From NCBI GenBank assembly GCA_963695095.1, contig CAVOFT010000001.1:1600001-1664000 (forward strand): DNA of 64,000 bases. The letters are read 5' to 3'. This stretch comes from an uncultured bacterium (lineage in GTDB: Bacteria; Krumholzibacteriota; Krumholzibacteriia; JACNKJ01). The position numbers and the translations under genes were made by a program. Of the stretch, positions 28,510 through 38,548 are shown piece by piece (positions within the stretch are counted from its first letter, which is position 1; the number at the start of each line of letters is the position of its first letter). The notes beneath the pieces are model-generated. The model saw only the letters and a list, made by a program, of their open reading frames with translations, searched no databases and was not told where the DNA came from.

Positions 28510-29820
28510 GTGGACGCGGACTCCAGGAAAGCCCAGCGCATCGTCATCGTCGGGGCCGGCTTCGCCGGCGCTTACTGTGCCCAGGGCCTGGAGCGGCGTC
28601 TGGGGCGGCGGCGCGACGTGGAGATCGTCCTCCTGGATCGGCAGAACTTCTTCGCCTTCACGCCCCTGCTCGTCGAGGCCGGCACGGGCAGCCTGCAGCC
28701 CCGGCATGCCGTGGTCTCCATTCGCGCCTTCATCAAGCGCAGCCGCTTCTTGATGGCCGAGGCCACGCGCGTCGATGCCGACGCCCGGCGGCTCTACTAC
28801 CGCCTCGAGCCGGCTGCCCCGGAGTCCTACCTGGACTACGACGAGCTGGTCCTGGCCCTGGGCAGCGTGACCCGCCACCCGCCTGTCCCCGGCCTCACCG
28901 AGTACGGCTTCGGGATGAAGAGCCTGGGCGATGCGGTGGCCCTGAGGGACCGGGCCATCACCATGCTCGAGCTGGCCGAGGCCAGCGAGGATCCCGGCGC
29001 GCGCCGGCAGCTGCTGCACTTCGTGGTGGTGGGGGCCAACTTCACCGGCGTCGAGGTGGCGGGCGAATTCCTCCACTTTCTGAGGGCGGCCAGCCGGGGC
29101 TATCCCCGCCTCTCGCCCGCGGACTGCCGGGTCACCCTCATCGAGATCGGCGAGCGCATCCTGGGCGCGCTCGGGGAGGAACTGTCTCGCCAGGCCTCCC
29201 GCCAGCTCGCGCGCGAGGGGGTGGAGATCCTCACGCGGCGGTCGGTGCAGGCGATCGGCCCGGCTTCCCTGCTCCTGGACGACGGCCAGCGCCTCGACAG
29301 CCGCACGGTGATCTGGTGCGCCGGCATTGCCGCCCCGCCGCCGCTCTGGGACGGCAGCTTGCCCTGCGACGCTCAGGGCTGGCTGCTCTGCGCCGCCGAC
29401 ATGCGCGTCGCGGGGCAGGAGCGCATCTGGGCCATCGGCGACTGCGCCGTCAACGTGGATGCCGCCGGCCGCAGCCTGCCGGCCACGGCGCAGGGCGCCG
29501 TGCAGGAGGGCCAGCAACTGGCCGCCAATCTCGCCGCCGTCATCGCAGGGCGGCCGGTCAGGCCCCTGCGCTACCGCCACCACGGCGCGCTGGCCGCGCT
29601 CGGCTGCCGCAGGGGCGTGGCGGAGCTCTTCGGCATCAAGATCTCCGGCTTCTGGGCCTGGTTCCTCTGGCGAACGGTCTACCTCCTCAAGATGCCCGGA
29701 GCCACCCGGCGCCTGCGCGTCGCCGTGGACTGGAGCCTGGATCTCCTCTTTCCGCGCGAACACGTGGCGCTCGGCCTGCACCGCAGCGAGCCCCCGGCGC
29801 CGCCGCGCTCGGCGCCCTGA
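28510..29820 (+). CDS. ndh: Type II NADH dehydrogenase family flavoprotein
   Basis: IVIVGAGFAG, FTPLL, VVVGANFTGVEVAGE, WAIGDCA, PATAQGA. Confidence 0.85.
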   Translation: MDADSRKAQRIVIVGAGFAGAYCAQGLERRLGRRRDVEIVLLDRQNFFAFTPLLVEAGTGSLQPRHAVVSIRAFIKRSRFLMAEATRVDADARRLYYRLEPAAPESYLDYDELVLALGSVTRHPPVPGLTEYGFGMKSLGDAVALRDRAITMLELAEASEDPGARRQLLHFVVVGANFTGVEVAGEFLHFLRAASRGYPRLSPADCRVTLIEIGERILGALGEELSRQASRQLAREGVEILTRRSVQAIGPASLLLDDGQRLDSRTVIWCAGIAAPPPLWDGSLPCDAQGWLLCAADMRVAGQERIWAIGDCAVNVDAAGRSLPATAQGAVQEGQQLAANLAAVIAGRPVRPLRYRHHGALAALGCRRGVAELFGIKISGFWAWFLWRTVYLLKMPGATRRLRVAVDWSLDLLFPREHVALGLHRSEPPAPPRSAP

Positions 29821-29916
29821 TCGCCGCGCTGAAAGTGTGGCAGCCGCGGCCCGCTCCCGCTATTCTGCGCGGCATGCCCGGCCCCACCCCGGCCCAGTGT
29901 GGAGGATGATCGCCCG

Positions 29917-32871
29917 ATGCCGCTTGCCCTGCGGAGCTTGCTGTTCAGAGTCCTCGTCTATCTGGCCTTCTTCGCCTCCGGCGCTGCCTGCCTGATCGCG
30001 GAGGTCACCTGGAATCGCATGCTCATCGTCGTCGTGGGCAACTCGCTCAGCGCCACGGCGATGATCATCGTCGTCTTCATGGGCGGCCTGGGCCTGGGCA
30101 GCTACGTCGGCGGCCGCCTGCTCGCCCGGCGCCGGGTCTCGCTCCTGCCCTACCTCCTGCTGGAAGCCCTGATCGGCCTTCTGGTGCTGCTCTCCCCCGC
30201 CGTCTTCGCCGGTCTGGCCCGGCTCTTCGCGGCGCTGGCCGAGCACAGCGACGCCGGCGCCGGCCTCATGCTGGCGCGCCTCGTCGTCAGTGCGCTGGCC
30301 TTGCTGCTGCCCGCCTTCTTCATGGGCGCCACCTTCCCGGCGATCGTCAGCGGCGCGGCCCCCGCGCCTGGCGGCCGCGTCCTCCGCAGCAGCTACCTCT
30401 ACAGCGTGAACACGCTTGGCGCCGCGCTGGGCACCTTTGCTGCCGGCTATCACCTGCTCTTCGAATTCGGCGTCCGCTTCACGCTCGCCGTCGCCTGCGG
30501 TCTCTATGCCGGCGCCGCGCTGGCCGCGCTGGCTGCCTTTTTCCTGGCCGGAGGGCGCAGCGCCGAGACCCCCAGTCCCGCTGCAGCGGTCGCCGGCCCG
30601 GTGGACGCAGCCGCGCGACCGCGCTTCCTGGCCGCCGCCACCTTCGCCATCGGCTTCGTGGCGCTGGCCTACGAGGTGCTGCTGACGCGTCTGGGCATCC
30701 TCTTTCTCGGCAACAGCGTCTCGGTCTTTCCCCTCGTGCTCGCCGGATTCCTGCTGGGCACGGGCATGAGCGCCTGGCTGGGCAGCTGGGTCTATGGCCG
30801 GCTTCGCCGCCGTCTCGCTCTCTTCGGCGCCGTGGCGCTCGCGGCGGGGACGGCGATCCTGATCACGCCCTACCTTCTCCTCAGCGACTGGATCGTCAGC
30901 GCCGCCCACTTCGCCCGCTTCGCGGACGCGGAGCTGCGCAATCCGTTGCCGATCCTCGGCGCGATCGTGGCGCCGACGATCCTGCTCGGGGCCCTGCTAC
31001 CGATCGCCATGCGCATGCTGCAGGATCGCGAGGGCGGCGAGGCGACGCGGAGCGCGGCCACACTCTACGCGCTCAACACGGCCGGTGGACTGCTCGGCGC
31101 GGGCCTGATCAATCAGTTCGTCGTGCCCAGCATCGGCATCCAGCGCGCGCTGCTCGGCCTGACCCTGATCTGCGTCGCGATCGGCCTGCTCGCGCTGCTC
31201 GCGCCGGTGCGGCCGGCGCGGCGCTGGCTGGGCGCCGGCCTCGCCACGCTGCTGCTGGCCCCGGCGCTCGGGGCCGCCTTGCCCTCGATGATGGGCCGCT
31301 ACGCGGCGAAGGTGGCGAGCGCCACCGGCGCCGCCGCGACGGAGATCAAGCTGATCAGGGAGGGCCGGGCGGCCACGGTGACAGTGGTCGACCAGATGGA
31401 TCCCCGCCTCGGCAGCTACCGGGATATCTACCTCAACGGCGTCGAAGAGGCCTCGACCCGCTACTGGCATACCCAGCTCTTCAAGCTGCTGGGGATGCTG
31501 CCCACGCTCGTGCACGAGAGCGATGCCGGCAAGAGCGCGCTGGTGATCGCCTTCGGCGCCGGCATCACCGCAGGCTCGACGCTGGCCTCGCCGGAGGTGA
31601 TCAGCCTGGATGTGGTCGATCTCAATCCGGACATCGCCGAGATCAACGATCTCTTCACCGCGGTCAACGGCGACGTCTTCCACGCGGAGCGCTTCCGCTT
31701 CCACAGCGACGACGGCCGCAACTTCCTGGCGACCAGCCGGGATCGCTACGATCTGATCATCAGCGACTCCACGCATCCCCGCGCCTATGACAGCTGGATT
31801 CTCTACACGGAAGAGTTCTACCGGTCGGTGGCGCGGCGCCTCGCGCCGGAGGGCGTCTTCGCCCAGTGGGTGCCCGTGCTGGGCTCGATGCGGGGGGAGC
31901 TCTTTCGCATCCACCTGAACACCTTCCGCAGCGTGTTTCCCACGGCCACACTCTGGTACGTCTACGGCTCGGATCAGGCCTTCCTGCTGGCGACCCCGCG
32001 TCCCTTCGAGTTCAACGTCGAGCGCCTGGCCGCCAAGCTGGAGCAGCTGCCGGACTGGTTCCGCGCCGACGAGTACCAGATCGCCTCCGTCGAGGAGCTG
32101 GCCGGGTTCTTCTGGCTGGATGCGGCGGGCATGGCGCGCATGATCGGCGCCGAGCAGCGCATCAACCGGGATGACCTGCACTTCTTCGACAAGCAATCCG
32201 CCGTGCGGCCGGCGCCACCGGCGCTGCAGCTGCCGCGCTTCCAGTGCAGCGCCCTGCCGCATCTGCGCGGGGCCAGCGAGGCCCAGCTGCCGGCCATCCG
32301 CCTGCGCCAGCGCCTGGCGGGACATCTCGCGAACTTCGCCTTCTTCGGCAGCAAGCCGGACCTCTACAGCGCCTACTGCCTGCTGCCCACGGAGGGCAAC
32401 GCGCAGTTCTGGATGAACCGCGAGTTCGCGGAGAATCCGCCTGCGCCGGAGGCCTTCTGCCGGGAGCGGGAGATCGCGGACTATCGGGCCCTGCTGAAGA
32501 GCCACCCGGAGAACTTCCTCGCGCTCAACGCGCTCGCCGATCTGCTCGGACAGGCCGGCCGCCTGGCGGAGGCCCTGCCGCTGGCCGACGAGGCGGCTCG
32601 CCTGGCGCCGGACAACGGGATGGTGCTGGACACCAAGGGCTGGCTGCACTTCCAAAGCGGCGACCTGGCCCAGGCCCTCGCGGTGCTCGCGCGCGCCGAT
32701 GCGCAGCTGCCGGATCATCCCATCGTGCTCTATCACCTGGGGGCGGCGCGGCTGGCGGCAGGCGAGCGGGCGGCGGGCCGCCGGCTCCTCGAGCGTGCGC
32801 TGGCGCTTGGCGCCGACTTCGAAGGCGCCGCCGACGCCCGGCGCCTGCTGGCCGGCGCCACCGAGCGCTGA
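29917..32871 (+). CDS. Fused multi-TM/spermidine synthase-like protein with C-terminal TPR
   Basis: SGAACLIAEVTW, LYSVNTLGA repeats, SAM-binding ALVIAFGAGIT, DDGRNFL, YDLIISD, TPR with LDTKGW. Confidence 0.85.
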   Translation: MPLALRSLLFRVLVYLAFFASGAACLIAEVTWNRMLIVVVGNSLSATAMIIVVFMGGLGLGSYVGGRLLARRRVSLLPYLLLEALIGLLVLLSPAVFAGLARLFAALAEHSDAGAGLMLARLVVSALALLLPAFFMGATFPAIVSGAAPAPGGRVLRSSYLYSVNTLGAALGTFAAGYHLLFEFGVRFTLAVACGLYAGAALAALAAFFLAGGRSAETPSPAAAVAGPVDAAARPRFLAAATFAIGFVALAYEVLLTRLGILFLGNSVSVFPLVLAGFLLGTGMSAWLGSWVYGRLRRRLALFGAVALAAGTAILITPYLLLSDWIVSAAHFARFADAELRNPLPILGAIVAPTILLGALLPIAMRMLQDREGGEATRSAATLYALNTAGGLLGAGLINQFVVPSIGIQRALLGLTLICVAIGLLALLAPVRPARRWLGAGLATLLLAPALGAALPSMMGRYAAKVASATGAAATEIKLIREGRAATVTVVDQMDPRLGSYRDIYLNGVEEASTRYWHTQLFKLLGMLPTLVHESDAGKSALVIAFGAGITAGSTLASPEVISLDVVDLNPDIAEINDLFTAVNGDVFHAERFRFHSDDGRNFLATSRDRYDLIISDSTHPRAYDSWILYTEEFYRSVARRLAPEGVFAQWVPVLGSMRGELFRIHLNTFRSVFPTATLWYVYGSDQAFLLATPRPFEFNVERLAAKLEQLPDWFRADEYQIASVEELAGFFWLDAAGMARMIGAEQRINRDDLHFFDKQSAVRPAPPALQLPRFQCSALPHLRGASEAQLPAIRLRQRLAGHLANFAFFGSKPDLYSAYCLLPTEGNAQFWMNREFAENPPAPEAFCREREIADYRALLKSHPENFLALNALADLLGQAGRLAEALPLADEAARLAPDNGMVLDTKGWLHFQSGDLAQALAVLARADAQLPDHPIVLYHLGAARLAAGERAAGRRLLERALALGADFEGAADARRLLAGATER

Positions 32872-32902
32872 GCGCCGGCGAGGCCGGCAAGAAAGGAAGG
32901 CC

Positions 32903-33331
32903 ATGCGCGCGCTGACCTCTGGGAAGCCCCTGCACGCCGACTTCGGGCTGCTCCTGCTCCGCCTGGGGCTGGGCGGCAGCCTGCTCATCTTTCATGGCTG
33001 GGACAAGCTGGTGGGCGGGCCCACGCTCTGGGCAAGGCTCGGAGCCAGCATGGCGAATCTGGGCGTTCACTTCTGGCCCACGGCCTGGGGCTTCGCGGCC
33101 GCTTCCGCGGAGAGCCTGGGCTCTCTGCTGCTCATCCTGGGCCTGTGGACCCGGCCCGCGGCAGCGCTGATCGCCTGCACGCTCTTCGTCGCCGTGCTCA
33201 GGCATCTCAACCTGCCGCCCGAGATCGCAGGCGCTGGCTGGAAGGGCGCCTCGCATGCGCTTGAATTGCTCGCGGCCGCCCTTTGCGTCTTCTTCGCGGG
33301 GCCGGGGAAGCTCTCGCTGTCGCCGCGCTGA
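32903..33331 (+). CDS. DoxX family membrane protein
   Basis: GLLLLRLGLG, FHGWDKL, LILGLWTRPAA, GPGKLSL. Confidence 0.88.
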   Translation: MRALTSGKPLHADFGLLLLRLGLGGSLLIFHGWDKLVGGPTLWARLGASMANLGVHFWPTAWGFAAASAESLGSLLLILGLWTRPAAALIACTLFVAVLRHLNLPPEIAGAGWKGASHALELLAAALCVFFAGPGKLSLSPR

Positions 33332-33358
33332 GCGCGGGGGCGAAGTGCGGCGCCGAGG

Positions 33359-33433
33359 CGTCCCCAACGGGATTCGAACCCGTGTCGCCAGATTGAAAAT
33401 CTGGTGTCCTGGACCTGGCTAGACGATGGGGAC
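33359..33433 (-). tRNA. tRNA-Glu (TTC), CCA not fully encoded
   Basis: GTCCCCA acceptor stem, CCAGA-TTTTCAA-TCTGG anticodon arm, ACGGG-TTCGAAT-CCCGT T arm. Confidence 0.96.
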
Positions 33434-33464
33434 GGGCCAGCGCCTTACGGCGCGAGGCGCGGGC

Positions 33465-33493
33465 ACTCTAGCAATCGGCTCCCGACTTGTCAA
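33465..33493 (-). promoter_or_regulatory. Sigma70 promoter of tRNA-Glu
   Basis: TTGACA-N17-TAGAGT on the minus strand, about 30 nt upstream of the tRNA. Confidence 0.65.
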
Positions 33494-33678
33494 CGCGACC
33501 CGATCGCGGGCTGACAGCGACTTCAGGCCCCTGAATTCCGTCGGGCCAGATCCGCTGGCCAAGCGCGTGCGAGATGTCGGCGGAGTTCGTATATTGTCCG
33601 CAGCCGGCCTGGAGCAGCGCTGCCGGGCAGACGCTCCTCGCGGACACCCATCGTCGCCGGCACCCCATTCCATACTGC

Positions 33679-34284
33679 ATGCGAAAGCGAGGTACGAAGA
33701 TCCGCAAACACTACGCTCTCCTGACCCTCCTGGTGCTGATCGGCGCTGGCGCCACCGAGGCGGCGACTTACAGCATCGATGCCGCCCACTCCAGCGTCGG
33801 CTTCGTCGCCCGCCACATGGTGGTCAGCAAGGTCCGCGGTCACTTCGACAGCTTCGAGGGCAGCTTCGACTTCGTCGAGGGGCAGCCCGCCGCCTGGAAG
33901 GCCCAGGCCACGATCCAGGCCGCTTCGGTGAACACCGGCAACGAGAAGCGCGACACCCACCTGCGCAGCCCGGATTTCTTTGCCGCCGAGGAGTTCCCCA
34001 CCCTCAACTTCACCGCGACGGGCGTGGAGATGAAGGGCGAGAGCTATCTGCTCAAGGGCCAGCTCACCCTGCGTGGCGTGACCAAGCCCATCGTCCTCAC
34101 GCTCGAGTACTTCGGCAGCATCCAGGATCCCTGGGGCAACGAGCGCGCCGGCTTCAGCGCCAAGGGCACGCTCAATCGCAGGGACTTCGGTCTGAGCTGG
34201 AGCAACCTCCTCGAGACGGGCGGCGCCGTCGTCGGCGACGAAATCGCCATCGAGATCGAGGTGGAAGGCGTCCACAAGCCCTAG
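33679..34284 (+). CDS. yceI: YceI family polyisoprenoid-binding periplasmic protein
   Basis: YSIDAAHSSVGF, RDTHLRSPDFF, LTLRGVTK, DPWG; signal peptide. Confidence 0.92.
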   Translation: MRKRGTKIRKHYALLTLLVLIGAGATEAATYSIDAAHSSVGFVARHMVVSKVRGHFDSFEGSFDFVEGQPAAWKAQATIQAASVNTGNEKRDTHLRSPDFFAAEEFPTLNFTATGVEMKGESYLLKGQLTLRGVTKPIVLTLEYFGSIQDPWGNERAGFSAKGTLNRRDFGLSWSNLLETGGAVVGDEIAIEIEVEGVHKP

Positions 34285-34312
34285 CCTGTCTACACCTGTG
34301 CGCTGCATCAGT

Positions 34313-34340
34313 GAAGCCCGGGCCCTACGGCTCGGGCTTC
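34313..34340. terminator. Hairpin between convergent genes
   Basis: GAAGCCCGGGCC-CTAC-GGCTCGGGCTTC. Confidence 0.6.
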
Positions 34341-34365
34341 CGTGTTGCCGCCGGCAGGCGCCGCG

Positions 34366-35310
34366 CTAGTCGTCCCGGCTCAGGCGGGCGAGGCGCTCCA
34401 GGCGCGCCTCTTCATTGGCCTGCAACCAGGGATCGGCGGCCAGCAGGGCCTGCGCGCGCGCGAAGTAGGGCTTGGCCTCGCCGCTCCGCTCTAGCGCCAG
34501 GAGCAGCTCGGCCAGCTCCTCGTAGACGTAGCCATCGCCCTCGCTCCCCGCAGCTGCCCACTGCTGCTCGAGATCGCGCTGCATGGCGAGTGCCTCCTCG
34601 AGCCGGCCCAGGGAGCGCAGGCAACGGCCGACGCACCACGCAGCGATGCGCAGCTCCGGCTGCTTGCCCTGCTGGCGACGGTAATCCAGGGCCTGCTGAA
34701 AGAGCTCGAGCGCGCGCGCAGGGTCGCCGGCATCGTGATAGCTCCAGCCCGTGTTGTTGAGCAGGGAACCGAGCCAGCCGCGCGCTCGCTCGTCCTTGCT
34801 CGCCCGCGCCATCTCGATGGCCTCGAGGTTCCAGGCGAGGCCCGCCTCGGCGCCGGCCGCGATGCCCAGCATGTGGGCGGCATCCACCGCATAGAAGTCC
34901 AGCTTGCGGGCACGGGCCGCGTCGAGGGCGGCCTGGAAATGGGGGAGCGAGGCTGCCTGATTTCCCTCGGAGTTGAGCACGCGGCCGCGCTCGAGCTGCA
35001 AGCGCACGGCCGCGGTGCCCGCGCGGCCGGCCAGCAGGTGCTCGGCCTCGCCGAGGGTGCGGCGGGCGTCATCGAAGCGGCGCTGGAGGCCCTGACAGCG
35101 CGCGATCTGCGTGAGCAACTGGGCGTGCAGGTCCGGGTCGCCGGCGGCGCTGGCTGCCGGCAGCAGTTCGCGAAAGCGCGCCTCGGTACCCGCGGGGTCG
35201 CCGTAGTTCCACAGCTGGTCGAAATCGGCCACTGCCATTGCTGCCTCCTCGGCCCGGCCCGCACCGGCGAGTGCCAGGGTGAAGGTGATCAGAAGCAGGC
35301 GGCGCCTCAT
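34366..35310 (-). CDS. Exported TPR protein
   Basis: Signal peptide, DQLWNYGDP, LLTQIAR, AVDAAHML, LLNNTGW helical repeats. Confidence 0.8.
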   Translation of the reverse strand: MRRRLLLITFTLALAGAGRAEEAAMAVADFDQLWNYGDPAGTEARFRELLPAASAAGDPDLHAQLLTQIARCQGLQRRFDDARRTLGEAEHLLAGRAGTAAVRLQLERGRVLNSEGNQAASLPHFQAALDAARARKLDFYAVDAAHMLGIAAGAEAGLAWNLEAIEMARASKDERARGWLGSLLNNTGWSYHDAGDPARALELFQQALDYRRQQGKQPELRIAAWCVGRCLRSLGRLEEALAMQRDLEQQWAAAGSEGDGYVYEELAELLLALERSGEAKPYFARAQALLAADPWLQANEEARLERLARLSRDD

Positions 35311-37373
35311 CCACGTCCCCTCGGCGAGCGATCCAGCCAGCGCTCGAGCCAGGCGGCGATTTCGCCGTACCAGTGGCAACTCGCGCGCGGCTTGAGGATC
35401 CAGTGGTTCTCGTCCGGGTAGAGCACCAGGCGGGCGGGCAGCTTCATCGCCTTGTAGACGTTGTAGATCTCCACGCCCTGGCTGTAGGGGACGCGGTAGT
35501 CCCGCTCGCCGTGCAGCACGAGCATGGGGCTGGCGAAGCCGGCGGCATGGCGCATCGGGTTGTAGCGGTCCAGGCCGGCGAGGTCGTCCCAGGGTTCGCC
35601 GCCCATCGACCGCCGCCGGCCCTGCGTGATGTCGGAGGCGTACTGGGACTGCAGATCGCTGACACCGGCGTGATTGACCAGGCAGGCGAAGCGCTGCGTG
35701 CGCGCGGCGATCCAGGCGATCAGGTAGCCGCCGTAGGAGCCGCCGGCCGCCGCCAAGCGCGCGGGATCGGCCAGGCCCTCGGCGATGAGCAGATCGGTGG
35801 CCGCCATCACGTCGTCGTAGGGCTGGTCGCCCCAGCGGCCGAGGATGGAGGCGGCGAAGGCCTGGCCCCAGCCGGTCGAGCCGTGGAAGTTCACGCAGGC
35901 GCAGAGGCGGCCGCCGGCGGCAAAGAGCTGGGCGTTCCAGCGCCAGTGCCACTGGTCGCCGAAGTTGCCGTGCGGCCCGCCATGCACGAGCTGGAGCAAG
36001 GGGCGCTGGCGCCGCCGCGGTCCCGGTGGGTGGATGAGGAACATCTGCACGCGCCGCCCGCCGGCGCCGGCAAAGCGGCGCTCCTCGACCTTGCCCAGGT
36101 TGCGTGTCGAGAGCAAGGGCTCGGTGAAGCCGCTGGCGCGGCGTCCCCGCCGCCCTTCGCCGTCGCAGACGAAGAGCTCGGGCGGCTCGCTCAGGCTCGA
36201 GTGGTTGAGGAAGAGCCGCCCGCCCGCGGCCGCTAGACCGGCGAAGCTGCCGCCGCGACGCAGGCGCCGGGGCGTCACCTGACCGCGGCGCCTGGCCGCG
36301 GCCATTCCGATGGCGTAGAGCGCGCTGCGCCCCGCTTCTTCTGCAAGCAGCAGGATGCGCCGGCCCGCCGGGTCGAAGAGCCAGCCCTCGGCCGAGCGGT
36401 CCCAGGCCTCGGTGAGCACCTGCTCGCTGCCCCGCGCGCGATCGCGCAGCACGAGGCGAATGCGGTCGGCGTAGAAATCGACCTCGCGGCGGCCGCCATA
36501 GAGGAGGCTGCGGCCATCGGGCGAGTAGCGGGGCCGCCGCGCGCCCCCGCGCCAGCTTCGGCCCAGCTCGCGTGGGCGGCTCGCGAGCAGGCGGCCGCGG
36601 CTGGCCGGACGCAACTTCACGGTGAAGACGCCCCAGCGCAGGGGGTCATGGGGCTCCTCGCTGGCGCAGGCCGAGAAGGCCAGTTCGCGGCCGTCAGGGG
36701 CGATGTCGTACTCGCCGACGGGGTCCATGGGATCGAACCAGCGCCGCGAGTCGGGCGTGAGATCGCTGATCGCGCCGCTGGCGAGATCGAGGCAGAGCAC
36801 ATGATGATGGCGCCGGGTCTCCAGCCAGTGATCCCAGTAGCGGTAGACCCGGCTCTCGCTCACGCGCACCGGGGCCGGGCTCTCGTCCTCCACCTTGCGC
36901 AGGGCGGCCGCACCGGCGACACCGGGGGCGGCCGCCGACATCTCGCTCAGGAAGGCCACCCGCCGGCCATCGGGGAACCAGCGCGGATCGACGACGCCGA
37001 AGGGCAGGTCCGTGAGGCGCTCGGCCTCGCCGCCGTCCAGGCGCAGCTGGTAGAGCTGCGGTCGGTCGCCGAAGCTGCCCACGCCGGCCCCGGGGCTGCG
37101 CAGGAAGAGCAGGCTCCTGCCGTCGGGACTCCAGACGGGCTGGCGGCAGTCCGTGTCCGCGGCGCTGAGGGGCCGGGCCGGATCGCGCGGACCGCCGGCG
37201 CCCGCCGCCCGCGCCCCCGCAGGGAGCAGCCAGAGGCGACTGCGGCCGCTGTTGTCCACCAGCGAATAGCGGGTGACCGGCAGCACCACCCACTCGCCGT
37301 CGGGGGAGGGGGCGGGCAGGCCCACCCGGGGCAGTTGCCAGAGATCTTCACAGCTCAATGCGGGCAGGGCCAT
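35307..37373 (-). CDS. S9 family (prolyl oligopeptidase/acylaminoacyl) peptidase
   Basis: Propeller repeats (WSPDG), HGGPH, GGSYGG nucleophile, DYRV, DENH. Confidence 0.92.
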   Translation of the reverse strand: MALPALSCEDLWQLPRVGLPAPSPDGEWVVLPVTRYSLVDNSGRSRLWLLPAGARAAGAGGPRDPARPLSAADTDCRQPVWSPDGRSLLFLRSPGAGVGSFGDRPQLYQLRLDGGEAERLTDLPFGVVDPRWFPDGRRVAFLSEMSAAAPGVAGAAALRKVEDESPAPVRVSESRVYRYWDHWLETRRHHHVLCLDLASGAISDLTPDSRRWFDPMDPVGEYDIAPDGRELAFSACASEEPHDPLRWGVFTVKLRPASRGRLLASRPRELGRSWRGGARRPRYSPDGRSLLYGGRREVDFYADRIRLVLRDRARGSEQVLTEAWDRSAEGWLFDPAGRRILLLAEEAGRSALYAIGMAAARRRGQVTPRRLRRGGSFAGLAAAGGRLFLNHSSLSEPPELFVCDGEGRRGRRASGFTEPLLSTRNLGKVEERRFAGAGGRRVQMFLIHPPGPRRRQRPLLQLVHGGPHGNFGDQWHWRWNAQLFAAGGRLCACVNFHGSTGWGQAFAASILGRWGDQPYDDVMAATDLLIAEGLADPARLAAAGGSYGGYLIAWIAARTQRFACLVNHAGVSDLQSQYASDITQGRRRSMGGEPWDDLAGLDRYNPMRHAAGFASPMLVLHGERDYRVPYSQGVEIYNVYKAMKLPARLVLYPDENHWILKPRASCHWYGEIAAWLERWLDRSPRGRG

Positions 37374-37537
37374 GCGGACTCCTTCGCCGTGACGGGCGGC
37401 CCAGCAATCGAGCCGCTTGGCGTGAGGGGAGCCGCGACTATAGACCAGGAACCGGCGGGGCGCCAGGGGGGCTTCTCGCCGGCCGGCGTCTGCGCTAGAC
37501 TGCAGAGCCGCGACAGCGCTCTTCCTCGGGAGGACTC

Positions 37538-38143
37538 ATGACCGCCAGTTCCACTGCCCCGGGCCGCCACGAGGCCTGGGCCCTGCTCTGCGCCCATACG
37601 CCCACCGATGCCCTGCGCAAGCATGCCCTCGCGGTCGAGGCCGTGATGCGCCACTTCGCCCCGCGCTACGGCGGCGATCCGGACACCTGGGGCGCGGTCG
37701 GCCTGGTCCATGACCTGGACTACGATCTGCATCCGGACGAGCACTGCCGGCATACGCCGCGCCTGCTCGCGGAAGCCGGCTGGCCGGAGCCGCTCATCCG
37801 GGCCGTGCTCAGTCACGGCTGGGGCACCTGCACGGATGTGGAACCGCTGAGCGACATGGAGCGCGTGCTCTTCGCGGTCGACGAGTTGACCGGACTCATC
37901 GCGGCCACGGCGCTGGTGCGGCCCAGCCGCAGCCTGCTGGACACGACGGCGTCCTCCGTGCGCAAGAAGTGGAAGAACGCGCGCTTCGCCGCCGGCGTGG
38001 ACCGGGCGCTGATCGAGCGCGGGGCCGCAGGCCTGGGCCTGTCCCTGGACACCTTGATCGCCGAGACCCTGGCCGGCATGCAGCCGGCCGCCGAGGCCCT
38101 GGGTCTGGCGGGCGCGGCGGGCGCGACGGGGGCCGAAGCATGA
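37538..38143 (+). CDS. HD domain hydrolase
   Basis: KHALAVEAVM, GLVHDLDY, LFAVDELTGLI, FAAGVDR. Confidence 0.88.
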   Translation: MTASSTAPGRHEAWALLCAHTPTDALRKHALAVEAVMRHFAPRYGGDPDTWGAVGLVHDLDYDLHPDEHCRHTPRLLAEAGWPEPLIRAVLSHGWGTCTDVEPLSDMERVLFAVDELTGLIAATALVRPSRSLLDTTASSVRKKWKNARFAAGVDRALIERGAAGLGLSLDTLIAETLAGMQPAAEALGLAGAAGATGAEA

Positions 38144-38403
38144 GCGCGGAGCCCGGCGGCGGCGACTGCCCCAATTGCCTGAGCGCGCTGGAGCCCGACC
38201 CCGCCGAGGCGGCCATCTGGCGCTGTCCGGTCTGCCAGTTCGCGCAGCGCTCCTGTCCCACCTGCGGCGGCGAGATGTGGAAGCAGGTGGAGGCCCCCCC
38301 CGACCTGGCCATCGAGGCGGCCGGCCTGCCGCTGGGCGCCTGCGAGGTGCTCTGGATCTGCCGCGCGCCGGACTGCGGCGCCCGCCTCGAGGCCGAGCTC
38401 TAG
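38140..38403 (+). CDS. Small Cys-rich zinc-ribbon protein
   Basis: CPNC, CPVC, CPTC, CRAPDC in 87 aa; ATGA overlap with the HD gene. Confidence 0.7.
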   Translation: MSAEPGGGDCPNCLSALEPDPAEAAIWRCPVCQFAQRSCPTCGGEMWKQVEAPPDLAIEAAGLPLGACEVLWICRAPDCGARLEAEL

Positions 38404-38548
38404 GCCCCGCCGACCCTGCTCCGGAGCCGGGCGCCCGCCGGGGCGCGCTCCGCTCGAGTGGGCGGGACCAGGGCGGCCGGTCTGTGCTAGACTTGTGGCG
38501 CGACGCCCCGCGAGGGCGACATCCTCGAGCCCGCACCCCGGAGCCGCC

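Noticed and set aside
33359..33433. tRNA-Glu as an island integration site
   Set aside because: No integrase, no duplicated tRNA 3' end seen and no compositional shift.
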